Assembly: GCA_013265495.1 (NCBI GenBank)
Contig: MU058824.1
Span: 3,685,111 to 3,749,110 of the forward strand
Reading direction: 5' to 3'
Source: Vicugna vicugna
Taxonomy: Eukaryota
Length of the DNA stretch: 64,000 nucleotides
The position numbers and the translations under genes were made by a program. Under the pieces are notes generated by a model. The model was not told the origin of the DNA. It was given only the letters and a program-made list of their open reading frames with translations, and searched no databases. Positions within the stretch are counted from its first letter, which is position 1, and each line of letters opens with the position of its first letter. Below, piece by piece: positions 13,080-25,539 of this stretch.

Positions 13080-14246
13080 CCTTTCCGCCGCAGGCGCCTT
13101 AAAACCTGAGGTGGCCGCTGGCCTGCATCGCGCGGTTTTTGCGCTCTGGTCCCGGGGAGTTGCCAGTGGAGAGGCGCTCACAACCACGGGGGCGCCGCCC
13201 CTAGGCAAGCCCCAAGCTTATACCGCGAGAAACCTTCTCGCCGCGACTCAGCGTCCACCTTCAATCCCGACACCATCCAGACACCACCAACGCATCAGGG
13301 CGGGGCTGGACATTAGGGGCGCCGCCTGCCGAAGGTGCTGTGCCACGTGCGCGGCGCGGCGCGGACCCCGAATCCTACGAGTCCAGCTGCGGCCTCAGCA
13401 GCTCCCAGAACTGGGCCTCCAGCTTTAGGGCGGGGCCTCCCCCTCGCCTCTTGCCTGGACGTCTGTTCCCATCCGCCCTCAGAAGCCAGCTCCAGCCCAA
13501 GAACCCCAAGCCGGGGCAGTCTTCCGCAACGTTTCCCAGGGATCTCGCAGAGGGAGGCCCAGGGGCGGACCGTGGTGGCCCAACCTTTGCTGGATTCCAG
13601 GATGGGGGTATCGGGGAGAGGGGAGCACCGGGCCGAAATCGAGCCTCAGTCTCGGCTCCACAAGTCCTGGAGTCCTCGGCTATTTCCTGGCCGAGTAGCA
13701 GAGCCCGACCTTGGCTCCACGCCTCCCGACGTCGGCCTCCCCTCCCTCGACTTCAGAGTCTTAGCTGGAGCGATGCTCGCAGCGTGCCTAGGCCAACCCC
13801 TTCCGCTACTCTTTTCTTTTGCTGTCACTCTCTATTCTCGGTTTCTGCTTTCTCCCTCTTAGAGAATGCCAGAGCGCGCGGGGGCCTGGAGGAGCCTCCG
13901 CACCAGCCCCTTTCCTGGGCCTCCGATCTGCCTTTCCGCACGGTCTTGTCTCTCTCCCTCTCCACATTTCTTTCTCTATAGATTCTCCCCGCGTTTCATC
14001 GCGGGCTTAGCCAGCATGTCTCTGTCTCTCTACATTTGCCTCTCCTTTTCTCCTTGGTGTAACTTTAAACAAATCCCTGTGTATCGAGGTTGGAGAAGTT
14101 CTGGCAACGTGGACAGAAAAAATGTCTTATTCTGTTGGAACATTTCCAGTCACTACACTTTGGCTTGCCCTTGAGTTGGTGCCAGCGCTGGTTCCGCCAT
14201 GCAGGCCGCTGCTACCAAGGCGCCGGCTCGCTCGCTCTTGCTCTGT
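13080..14246. promoter_or_regulatory. Upstream CpG-rich region, continuing into the duplicated unit
   Basis: Abrupt rise in CpG and GC content relative to the AT-rich 11-12.9 kb region. Confidence 0.7.
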
Positions 14247-16626
14247 AGCTGTGTATGCGTATGTTCGAGTGTGGATTTGTGTGTCGATGGCTGCAAACTA
14301 GGGCAAGCTCTCCAAACCGAAAGCTGAGCAGAGTTGGGTTTCTAGGATTCTAGAGCTGCGGACAAGTGAGATGGGGATATTCGGGGGTCCCAAAGCCGAT
14401 CTGCGCCTAGACTCCACGCGTCCATAGCCCCTTGCCCAGTATCTCTAGGGTCGCAGCATCAATTCCGGATCCTCCGAAGAGGTTCGCCACCTGCTCTGCG
14501 GCGGGAAGCTGCCCCTGGGTCCAACGCTGCGGGAGTCCGTGAGGTCCGAAGCATGCTGGCCAGACGCAAAGGGAGATCAACCCACAGAAGACAGGGTGGG
14601 CAAGGGGATGGCAGTTGGGCCTGGGTACCCCGTGAGCGGAGGGGTACTGACCCGGGCACTGGCGCCACACGAACCGCGAGGTTATGCATAAGGGCGGGCG
14701 CCCCCTCGGGAACGCACATTTGTTTCGCGCTGGTCTGTAGCGTGCAGAGTACCACGCGGCGGCGCAGGGGTCAGGTATTTCGGAGCACCGCGAACACTCA
14801 GCTCCTGATGCTTGGCCTAATCCTCTGCCTTTCCTGGGTGCAGACTGGAACGGAGTAGTGGCTGATGTCCCCTCCCTAATCCCAAAGCCCCGCAAAGCCA
14901 AACACACACGCAAAACTCACCAAAGCATCCCACAAACACAAAAACTAAAGCCAACACACGAAAACATAAACCAAAACTCCCATCCAAATAAATGCACGGC
15001 TCGTATAACCAAAATCAAAGTCGAAGAAAACAAAACACTTACAAACACAAAATTCACCTAACGCAAAAAACACAAACGTCACCCACTAGTACAAAATCAA
15101 AACACATCAAAACGCCACGCAGAAAGAACAGCCTTCCAAATGACACAGAGAAAGACAGCCTACAAGGACAAAGTGCAACACGCAGGCAAAATCAAAACAC
15201 AAAACAGAAAACAAAACCCACCCAAAAGACCAAGGCTCACAGAGCAAAACCCGCTAAAATGAAATCTACAAAAAACCAACACGCAAAACACCCGAAACAA
15301 AAGACTGCCTCACTGATAATGAACAGAAAACAAAAACAAAATAAACCCCCTAAACAGAAAAAAACCCAAACAACTCCCGCCCCCAACTGGGGGTGAAATG
15401 TCAATTCCGGAAGGGCTTTTGATCTCTAGGCGAGGACAGGCCGCTGCTCCCCGGCGCAGCCTCCCCTCGCGGACTAAGCGGGAGGCGGGAAGCTGAGGCT
15501 TGGGCCGGGCTGCGGAGGAAGAGTCGAGCGCTCGGAGATGGCCAAAAAAATCAAATCGCTGGGGCAGGGACCCGGACCTGTAGACTGCAGGAAGAGGCGG
15601 CGCAGGGGGACTGCGCAGACTACTTGGTGGGGGGGGCCACCGGGGAATCCACAGCCACGTTTCCGATTGTGGCGAAATCGGCTCAGTGGATAAGCGATGT
15701 CCGGTTCTCGCTGCCCCCCCCCCTTTTCTCGAGCTCTGGGCTCTCCCCCCTAGGTTGAGGCCCAGCCTCGTGACCACCCCCTCCAAAAAACAAACAACAC
15801 TCTCGCTGAGGACGATTCACTTTTCGAAACTGCCATTGTCCGGCGGGCCAAGAGTCCTCCTGCGGATCGCTCCCCCGCCCTCGAGAACCTTGCCCCTGTG
15901 ACCACCTCGCAGCGGGGCCCCACGGGCATCCAGTGGCCAAGCCGAGTAGCTGGACTCGGGACTGGGGAGGAGGAAGGGGAGGGAAGTCTTGAGCCTGGGC
16001 AGAAGGAAGCCGGCTGGACATGCCAACCCTCTGCCCGGTCTCTCTCGGGCTGATTTCCCTTCTGAAATCAAGTCTTGGGGCTCTGGGACGCCACAACGTC
16101 TCGGGGCTGGAGGGCAAAGGGATTCCACCTATGGGCCGGAGTAAGGTATCTGGGACTCCTGCCAACCTCTTGGACCTCCTGAGACGGTTCTGCTCAGCCC
16201 GGGTTCTCCAAAGTGGAGGCCCGGATTTTATCTCCAGCATTTCACAGCTTAACCTCTATGCTCTGGGCCAGAATGGAACACGGTGTGTGGATGGGCTCTG
16301 GGACCAGGAGTGGGACCTAGGAGCTCTAGGGTTCTGGCACTGCCCCAGAGTCCGGGATACAGCAATAGTTTTAGAGCTGCAGGTTTGGGGTGGGGGTGGA
16401 GTGGCTAGGAGCTCTGGAGGCGGGCGCCGCCCTAGGGGTGAATCTGAAGAAACTGGAACGCCCCCCTCTATGCCTGGCAAAACTGCTTGCCTCTGCACCC
16501 CTTTCAAATGCACCTGCTTGGCAAGGTGGTTAATTTCTTTAAAAACAAAAACGCGGCCTGCGCCCGCTTACGTGCCGGGATTTGCACCTAAAGAGGTCAC
16601 CGACCCGACGCACCCAGCAGAGGGCC
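14247..16626 (+). repeat. Tandem duplication copy 1 (2380 bp)
   Basis: From AGCTGTGTATGCGTATG to CACCCAGCAGAGGGCC, repeated directly afterwards; the ORF track repeats at offset 2380/2379. Confidence 0.98.
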
Positions 16627-19005
16627 AGCTGTGTATGCGTATGTTCGAGTGTGGATTTGTGTGTCGATGGCTGCAAACTAGGGCAAGCTCTCCAAACCGA
16701 AAGCTGAGCAGAGTTGGGTTTCTAGGATTCTAGAGCTGCGGACAAGTGAGATGGGGATATTCGGGGGTCCCAAAGCCGATCTGCGCCTAGACTCCACGCG
16801 TCCATAGCCCCTTGCCCAGTATCTCTAGGGTCGCAGCATCAATTCCGGATCCTCCGAAGAGGTTCGCCACCTGCTCTGCGGCGGGAAGCTGCCCCTGGGT
16901 CCAACGCTGCGGGAGTCCGTGAGGTCCGAAGCATGCTGGCCAGACGCAAAGGGAGATCAACCCACAGAAGACAGGGTGGGCAAGGGGATGGCAGTTGGGC
17001 CTGGGTACCCCGTGAGCGGAGGGGTACTGACCCGGGCACTGGCGCCACACGAACCGCGAGGTTATGAATAAGGGCGGGCGCCCCCTCGGGAACGCACATT
17101 TGTTTCGCGCTGGTCTGTAGCGTGCAGAGTACCACGCGGCGGCGCAGGGGTCAGGTATTTCGGAGCACCGCGAACACTCAGCTCCTGATGCTTGGCCTAA
17201 TCCTCTGCCTTTCCTGGGTGCAGACTGGAACGGAGTAGTGGCCGATGTCCCCTCCCTAATCCCAAAGCCCCGCAAAGCCAAACACACACGCAAAACTCAC
17301 CAAAGCATCCCACAAACACAAAAACTAAAGCCAACACACGAAAACATAAACCAAAACTCCCATCCAAATAAATGCACGGCTCGTATAACCAAAATCAAAG
17401 TCGAAGAAAACAAAACACTTACAAACACAAAATTCACCTAACGCAAAAAACACAAACGTCACCCACTAGTACAAAATCAAAACACATCAAAACGCCACGC
17501 AGAAAGAACAGCCTTCCAAATGACACAGAGAAAGACAGCCTACAAGGACAAAGTGCAACACGCAGGCAAAATCAAAACACAAAACAGAAAACAAAACCCA
17601 CCCAAAAGACCAAGGCTCACAGAGCAAAACCCGCTAAAATGAAATCTACAAAAAACCAACACGCAAAACACCCGAAACAAAAGACTGCCTCACTGATAAT
17701 GAACAGAAAACAAAAACAAAATAAACCCCCTAAACAGAAAAAAACCCAAACAACTCCCGCCCCCAACTGGGGGTGAAATGTCAATTCCGGAAGGGCTTTT
17801 GATCTCTAGGCGAGGACAGGCCGCTGCTCCCCGGCGCAGCCTCCCCTCGCGGACTAAGCGGGAGGCAGGAAGCTGAGGCTTGGGCCGGGCTGCGGAGGAA
17901 GAGTCGAGCGCTCGGAGATGGCCAAAAAAATCAAATCGCTGGGGCAGGGACCCGGACCTGTAGACTGCAGGAAGAGGCGGCGCAGGGGGACTGCGCAGAC
18001 TACTTGGTGGGGGGGGCCACCGGGGAATCCACAGCCACGTTTCCGATTGTGGCGAAATCGGCTCAGTGGATAAGCGATGTCCGGTTCTCGCTGCCCCCCC
18101 CCTTTTCTCGAGCTCTGGGCTCTCCCCCCTAGGTTGAGGCCCAGCCTCGTGACCACCCCCTCCAAAAAACAAACAACACTCTCGCTGAGGACGATTCACT
18201 TTTCGAAACTGCCATTGTCCGGCGGGCCAAGAGTCCTCCTGCGGATCGCTCCCCCGCCCTCGAGAACCTTGCCCCTGTGACCACCTCGCAGCGGGGCCCC
18301 ACGGGCATCCAGTGGCCAAGCCGAGTAGCTGGACTCGGGACTGGGGAGGAGGAAGGGGAGGGAAGTCTTGAGCCTGGGCAGAAGGAAGCCGGCTGGACAT
18401 GCCAACCCTCTGCCCGGTCTCTCTCGGGCTGATTTCCCTTCTGAAATCAAGTCTTGGGGCTCTGGGACGCCACAACGTCTCGGGGCTGGAGGGCAAAGGG
18501 ATTCCACCTATGGGCCGGAGTAAGGTATCTGGGACTCCTGCCAACCTCTTGGACCTCCTGAGACGGTTCTGCTCAGCCCGGGTTCTCCAAAGTGGAGGCC
18601 CGGATTTTATCTCCAGCATTTCACAGCTTAACCTCTATGCTCTGGGCCAGAATGGAACACGGTGTGTGGATGGGCTCTGGGACCAGGAGTGGGACCTAGG
18701 AGCTCTAGGGTTCTGGCACTGCCCCAGAGTCCGGGATACAGCAATAGTTTTAGAGCTGCAGGTTTGGGGTGGGGGTGGAGTGGCTAGGAGCTCTGGAGGC
18801 GGGCGCCGCCCTAGGGGTGAATCTGAAGAAACTGGAACGCCCCCCTCTATGCCTGGCAAAACTGCTTGCCTCTGCACCCCTTTCAAATGCACCTGCTTGG
18901 CAAGGTGGTTAATTTCTTTAAAAACAAAAACGCGGCCTGCGCCCGCTTACGTGCCGGGATTTGCACCTAAAGAGGTCACCGATCCGACGCACCCAGCAGA
19001 GGGCC
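16627..19005 (+). repeat. Tandem duplication copy 2 (2379 bp), contiguous with promoter 1A
   Basis: Differs from copy 1 by 4 substitutions and one C-run indel that I could find by eye. Confidence 0.98.
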
Positions 19006-19634
19006 CCGACACCCAGACGCTGGAGTTTGTAGAAGGTGCAGCCGCGAGGCCAGGGCTCCCGGCTCACTTATGGTCGGTACCTTTGCGTTACAGCGCGGGC
19101 TAGCGCCCTGCTCCGTCTGAAGCCTTCCTTCCCTCCCCCTCCAACCCCCTATAAAAGTCCAGGGCGGCGCGGCGGCGGCATTGCTGCTCTCCCCGCCTCC
19201 CTCACTGCTCCGGCTCGGCCCGGCTCGGCCCGGCCCGGCCCGGCCCGCCCCGTTTGGCCAGCTGAGCAGTCCGGGCCGCACAGCGCGGATACCCTTTCCC
19301 AGCTCGGGGCCGGCAGTGCGGGGCAGCACGCTGGGGCGCGGCGTGTCTGGGGACATCTTGTGATGTTGGCGAGAACAGGACATGATCTCACATGGCGAGA
19401 AGCTCTTTAGTTCCTTAATCATTTCACGGTGCCTTCGGACGCTTTTTTTCCACCTAAAACGTTTAGTTTCAGCTCAGTGATCAGCTACCCCAGCTCGGCG
19501 GGGGAGCGGAAGGCTTGAATTATTCCGACCTGTGAGCGGCCCCTGGCACCAAAAAAAAAAAAAAAAAAAACACAGCACAAAAAAGTGGAAACTTTTTTCC
19601 CCCTGTCCATTCCATCAAGTTCTGAAAAATCAAA
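19006..19634 (+). promoter_or_regulatory. PAX5: PAX5 promoter 1A core and 5' UTR; TATA box TATAAAA at 19150-19156, inferred TSS near 19180
   Basis: CTATAAAAG in a CpG island ~480 bp upstream of the exon 1A ATG; PAX5 1A is known to have a TATA-containing promoter. TSS inferred from TATA spacing. Confidence 0.85.
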
Positions 19635-19680
19635 ATGGATTTAGAGAAAAATTACCCGACTCCTCGGACCGGCAGGACAG
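19635..19680 (+). CDS. PAX5: PAX5 exon 1A coding part (MDLEKNYPTPRTGRT-G), 46 nt
   Basis: aaaATGG start at 19635; translation is the PAX5 N-terminus (residue 13 is Gly; I recall Ser in human); donor CAG|GTAGGA at 19681; phase 1 joins exon 2. Confidence 0.98.
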
Positions 19681-20137
19681 GTAGGACGGCGATACGGGCT
19701 CGAGGCGTGCTAACTCAGAGACCCAGCCGGGCGCTGGTCCTCAAGCACGTCGGCCCTGGGGGAGGGGGTGCGCCTCATTTTCGCAGGGATTGCGTATCTG
19801 TCTGCGGCACGTTTCTTCTCACCAATCTGTTCACACACTTCTGCATCAGTCCAAGTGACTGAGGGTTTGCCTGTGTTTTTCTCTGAGAGTTTATGTGAGT
19901 GTTTATCTGGGGGTCTGAAAGTTTGGGTCTGTGTGTTTACATAGGGACTCAGGTTATGCATGAGTGACAATGAGTTTGTGTGCCCCTGTATATATATTAT
20001 CAAAATTTCTGAGTGTGTGTTGGAAAATTTTTGTGACTGTGTATGTGTATCTTTATATTCATGAGTGTATTATGCATTTGAGTTCGTGTTCCTGAGTACT
20101 GCTCTTTTGAGTATCCAAAATGTGTCTATGAGTGGCA

Positions 20138-20162
20138 TATATATATATATATATATATATAT
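20138..20162. repeat. (AT)12 microsatellite in intron 1
   Basis: Read directly. Confidence 0.95.
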
Positions 20163-23100
20163 TGTATGTGTGTCTGAGTGTACATCTACTCCTTTAAGGG
20201 TCTGTATTCACTTGTCACATCCCAAGTGGTTCTGGAATTGAGAATAAGGTGGTTACACCGACCCCTCCATTTTTGGATGTCAACAGCTGTTCACTGTATA
20301 CATGCCAGTTTACAAAAGTGCTTGCCTCTAGGCACAAAGATGGGTCTAGGGTCTGTGCGGGTCTGTTGTACTAAGCCTACCATCAGCCAGGCTCAGGTCC
20401 CATTCTGTTGAGAGAACAGGAGTGTGTGCAGCTCTTCAGTGTGTGGTGTATACTACTTCACTCTGTGAGTACTGTTGAGCCTACCGTTCGTATAAAAGTG
20501 TCTCCTGTTGCAGACACAACCTTGACAAGTGAGAAGAGGCAGCCTACCTGTACGCTAGTCGTGACATTTCTAGGGACAACCCCCTCAGTCTTCCTTAGCT
20601 TTTATCTAGACAGGTCTTTGCCACTGGTGTGTGTGTGTGTGTGTGTACTGTATGCTCAGGTTTATCTTGCGGGTGCCAGGAGGAGAGCACAAGTGAGTGG
20701 ACATGTGTGCATAATCTGGGCATCCAGTTCTGAACCTGTATGCACAGAGACCTTCCTGCCACAGAGCCTGATATGCCTTCCTCAGGCCCAGGCAAGGGGT
20801 GGCATGGTGTATTTATGTCTGAGAGGAGGTGACAGGCAGCAGGAGGCCTCTGTCTGCCCTGAGGTAAAAGCCAGGTATGGGAACCTCTTTTACTCATTAG
20901 GCCAAATGTACTAAATCCCCATCCAAACACGCTTCTGGCCCTGAAAGAACTCCCCTTCCCCCAACTCTATGGATCTGAGCCCCTACCTCTACCTCAGCCC
21001 TAAATACAGATCAAAAATCAGAGAGAGAGAGGGGTGAACTTGTAACTCAAGCCCAGGGAAACTCCCTAGGCATATACGTGTTTCCAAAATCATAACTGAA
21101 GAGAAGTGAAGGCAGAAATCTAAGAGGCAGGGAACTGAAGAGGATTCCCCAGGGTGAAGGTGCAGGAAAGGGAACCTGGAAACCCCCTCTGCTCCTTCCC
21201 CTGCTCTCCCCATACCCCCCCATACCCCGCAGCGGGTCCCTTAGTAGGTAAGACTCCAGAGGTGTCTGCACCGGGGACAAGGGGGTGTGATGTCTTGGGA
21301 ATGGGTCAGGGGCCTGTGAGGGTCCCATAAAGGGTCTGTGTGGCTGGCCCGGCTGCCTCTCCTGACAAGCTGTCTACGAAGAATGTAATTCATGGCGGTC
21401 GATGGGCTCTTTGATTAGTTCAATCGCCTGAATAATCGTTTAATCAATAAAGCATTTCATTCCTCTGTGAGACAGGCCTGGGTGGGGCTGGGGGCCCCCA
21501 GGCTGGCCAGAGTTTAAAAATCTGGAGAGCCACGCCCCCTCTTCACCGTCGGGTTGGGTAAGGGCCCTGCCCGGGAAAGGGTGGTATCTCAGGTAACACT
21601 ACACTTCCGTCTGTATGCACCAGTCTGGGCCTCCGCTGGGGAAGAGGCAGGAGCTGAGAAATTGGCCAGGCTGGGGGTGTCTCAGTCTGGTTTTTGGGTT
21701 TTTGCTGGGGCTTCTCCCCTCTCCCAACTCTGAGGCCATTTATGGGTCACTTGACGGCCCTTTCCTTCCTTCAGAACTATATTCCATACCTTTTCTTGAC
21801 CACAGTTTCCCCATTTGTATATTGGGGAAGGCAGATATGCCCTTCTACCTGTAAATCTGAGGTTGGATGTAGTCAGAACTGAGCTGGGAGCCACTTAAAG
21901 ATCTTCTTCTCTAGCCTCTTCCTTGTGGTAACAAAAAAGGAAAAACTGAGGTCCAGAGAGGGACAGGGATTTATTTGAGACCATACAGAAGAAGGTATGA
22001 AGGGAGTAGGACTGAAAGGTGATTTTTCCGCTCTTAAACCTCTCATTCTTGCTTGAAGAGACCTCCTCCCCACAGGCCCCCCCTGGAGAGAAAGGACTAT
22101 TACAAGAGTTATCTAGGTGGGAATTAAGGAGTCCCAAGGCAGGGAGGCTGGGATAGGCTGAACGCTGCCTGCCTGGATATTGGCATCCATTCCCCCGGCT
22201 CTGGAATGAGCCTGGCGGAATAATTCCCTCCACCCATGGAGCTTCATCTTTCAGAACCTCTGGAGGCCTCATCTCAGGGGTTCTTTTCCCCCGTTAGACA
22301 CATGAGGAAGCTGAGCCCTAGGAGGAGGGAAAGAGAGAAAGGTAGTACCAGAGCCCCTGGCCTTCCGGTGCGCTGGTAAGGATAACAAACCTTGGTAAAG
22401 GCACTTTACACAATTCTTGAAAAATCTGGTTAAATTCTCCTCGTTTTTTCTTCCACATCCACAATTCCTACAAACAGACTTGGACCAGGTGCAGGAATCA
22501 CTCAAGAATCAATCGTCTCTGACCCAACTAGCTGACTAACTAAGGGCCAATTGCTTTATATCTTTGATGCTTTTAAAATGAGGGTTAGAGAGGATCCACT
22601 GAGTTAGGACAGCACCATTGTAGCATCTCTGGCTTTCTCCAACCAAGCAACCAATCTGAGCTCTGTAGGTCTCGCTTTTCCTAGAGCAAGAACAGGGAAA
22701 TGGGCTGGACCTGGACTTCGGGAGTCTGGAGTTGATCTCAGGCCCACGGAGCGCCATAGCAGCCCCAACATTCAGACACCGCTGGGCACAGGAGGGGCTG
22801 GCCTAGAGGAGGGAGTAGGGAGGCAGGAAGGGAGTGTGTTCCGAGTAAAGCCAGGTTTGTGGCTGAAGATAGAGGTGGATGTTTCTCTGCATGTGGCTTC
22901 TCAAACATTATTCTTAATGAGCGTTCTTTCAATAGCAGAACTTCCCAAGGCAATTTGATTTACACAAATTGAATTTCTTTCCTGAGGGTTTCCTTTCCCT
23001 GGCCTCCTCCCGCTTAGCAGACTCAAAGTCATGGTGGCAGAGGGTAGGAGTGAGGGGGGAATAAAACCATGAGACCGTTGTGCATGGCATCACCTACTGC

Positions 23101-23699
23101 ACTCAGCACAGAGTCATGGAGACCAGTTCCCAGATAGCCTGTCTCTCCTGGACCCAGACTGTTGGGCTAGTGAGCTCTCTGAGGCAGGACTGAGGCGCAG
23201 TGCCTGGCTTGGTCAAGGAATCGCTGTGTATCAAAGTAACTTCTCTGGGCCTTGTTTAGTGGCCTGTAAAGCTGAGTTAGGTGGCCAGGATATCTGATGG
23301 CGCTTCTTGGCATTAGAAGTTCCAGGAAGCCAGCAGGCTCAGGTAGCTGTAAATAACCCCGCACCCAGAGGGAATTCCCTCTGCTCTGCACCAAAAGGTG
23401 AGAAAGAGGGCTGCTTTTGCCACCCAGCTTAGACTGCTCAACACCATCCTGAAGCCAAAAGCCTTGTGTGTGAAACGGGAATTTGAGCTCTTTCTGTTCA
23501 GGTAATATATGTGGTTCCATTCTACCCCAGCAATGCTTCTGGGATTCGATCCAAGCTACACTAGTATCAGAAGGAAAACTGGTTCGTATGGGCATATCCT
23601 AGCTGGGTTCTTTGATTTGGCAGCATACAACCATCGCCCACCCCACACCCCAAAAAACGCCCTGCTATCCCAGGAGTGGCTCTGGAGAAACCCTTAAGA

Positions 23700-23850
23700 A
23701 ATAGGTTTCTAGCTCGCAGCATTTCCTCTACCCAAGACGTGCTATGTGATCTTGGACAACTTGCATCCCTTCTTGGCCTCAGGTTCCACATCTGTAAAAT
23801 GGGAAATGTATGACCTCAGTGCCCTTTTAGCTCTAAGACTTTAGAATCTG
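23700..23850 (+). mobile_element. MIR-family SINE fragment
   Basis: gctatgtgatcttggacaa...ggcctcaggttccacatctgtaaaatggg. Confidence 0.7.
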
Positions 23851-25539
23851 AGTTTCTAGGTCTGAACTGGAGTGGGACTGGAGGTGGAGGTGTCATGGGT
23901 TGCATTCTTCAGGGCATCCCCATACTCCCACCTCTCCAGTGGGAATGTAGAGCCACCACGTCGAATTTTTAGTCCACTTCTAATCTATCGAGTGCCACCG
24001 GGTGGAGCGAAGTAGGGAACCCTAACTCATCACCTTCCCTCTACGATGTTGCCATCTTCCTGCTCCAAGTCGGGGGAGGGTGTGTGTGGAAGACCCGGAC
24101 AGGCAGGGTTCTTGACAAAGGAGAGATAATGCCACCACTCCTCCCCAGTGCATACTGCAGCCTCCAGGGACCCCAGAGGTCTGCCTGGGGCTGTTTTCTG
24201 CAGCTGTGCCCTGGAGGGGGTGGGGACGGTGTCAGCACCGGAAACTTAGCTACTGTTTAGGGGCAGCTGGGTCTGGGACGGGGACAGAAGGTGGGCCCGA
24301 GCGCTGATCCCATGGAGGCGTGTGAGAAATTGGGCAGAGGTAGAGAGAGAGGAGACTGAAGCAGAGAATGACCTGGGAGTCCTCCCAGGGTCGACCTGTG
24401 CTCTGCTCTCCGTACAAGCCTAGTTCCGGAGCAGGCATCACAAAGCCCTTCTTTTGGTGGATTTATATTTATATAGAATGAATCCGAAGCGGTGGGTCTT
24501 GGGACCACTCCCACGAGCTTCTGGGACAGGGGAGTCTTCAGAAACTCTGCCAGGGCTGGGCTCCGGGCACATGTAGGTGCTCACAGAAATAGGTGCCTCC
24601 TGGGTATAGAATGGCTGTCACATGCTTCCTTTTCAAAGTCCATTTTCTTTGATTGTGGTCCAGGGCTTCACATTCCCAAGAAACTGAGTCTCACTGGTCA
24701 AAGACCCTGCCCTTCTGGACTAAAAATTTTCTGCTAGAAATCCACCAATTTTGTCTTGAAAGTGGCAAGAACTTCCCCAGGAAAGTAATAGTCGGGCTTT
24801 CTTGACAACTGAAAGCTGCAGCATAGTAAATCACCTAGCGCAGCTCTGCACTACCCTTGCAGATTGAAAGCCCTTTCCCACCTGCCTCCTTTAGGGATTC
24901 TCATTAGTGCTGGAAGGGGCTGGATTCATTGAGTTCCCAAGAGGCCTAGCTCCGGATGCAGAATTGCCCCTGTAGACAGAAGCTTTCAGCTGTGCACATC
25001 ATGAGCCCCCAAAGTGTCTGGTAGCTCCTGGTCTGAGACTGGAAAGAGGGACTAAAGGCTCAGTGCTTGAGCATCCTGGTCCAGAGCATCAGATAGATCC
25101 CTCCCCCAGGAGAACCCTGGTTGTTAACTTTAAAGAAGTGTGAGGTTTTTCTCCTCTGCATCTCTGCCTACGGTTAGCTCAGAATTGGGGATCCTTGTTA
25201 GAACGAGGGAGGAGGGTGGACGAGGAGGTGGTGGCATAGGTTTAATAGGCACTTGATAAAACTATGAGATATTTCCGCTGGAAGGAGCCTTTATTAAAGT
25301 CGAGGTAAGCCAATTCTGCCCATTTTACAGATGAGGAAACTGAGGTCAGAACCGAGCAGATGTGCACACAGTATGTTTCCATTGCGAGTCTGATGGTGCT
25401 TAAACTGAAAGCCAGATCTCTATTGGGCTCCTTGTTTTCCTCCAACATCCATTGTTTGTGTGTTTGGGGGGGGGGAGTCTTCTTGAGACTATTCTCCAAC
25501 CCATCCCCGCCTTGGTTGCCTCCAGTCCCTCAGGGTATC

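Noticed and set aside
12898..14174. Overlapping 170-210 aa ORFs upstream of PAX5
   Set aside because: Stop-poor CpG-island sequence open in several frames; Pro/Arg/Ala/Gly-biased, no family match.
14880..15380. Resemblance to G-to-A converted (bisulfite or APOBEC-like) sequence
   Set aside because: Non-CpG G residues remain, T is depleted as well, and both copies are identical; low-complexity skew is the simpler explanation.
14858..15396. K/Q/T/N-rich ORFs and their copies at 17238-17776
   Set aside because: Result of A/C-rich composition, which has few stop codons; no recognisable domain.
17690..18619. Longest ORF in the window (309 aa, minus strand)
   Set aside because: GC-rich non-coding frame; split in copy 1 by the single C indel, and no recognisable domain.
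14247..19005. Duplicated unit as paired LTRs of a retroelement
   Set aside because: Copies abut directly, with no TG...CA ends, primer-binding site, internal coding region or TSD.
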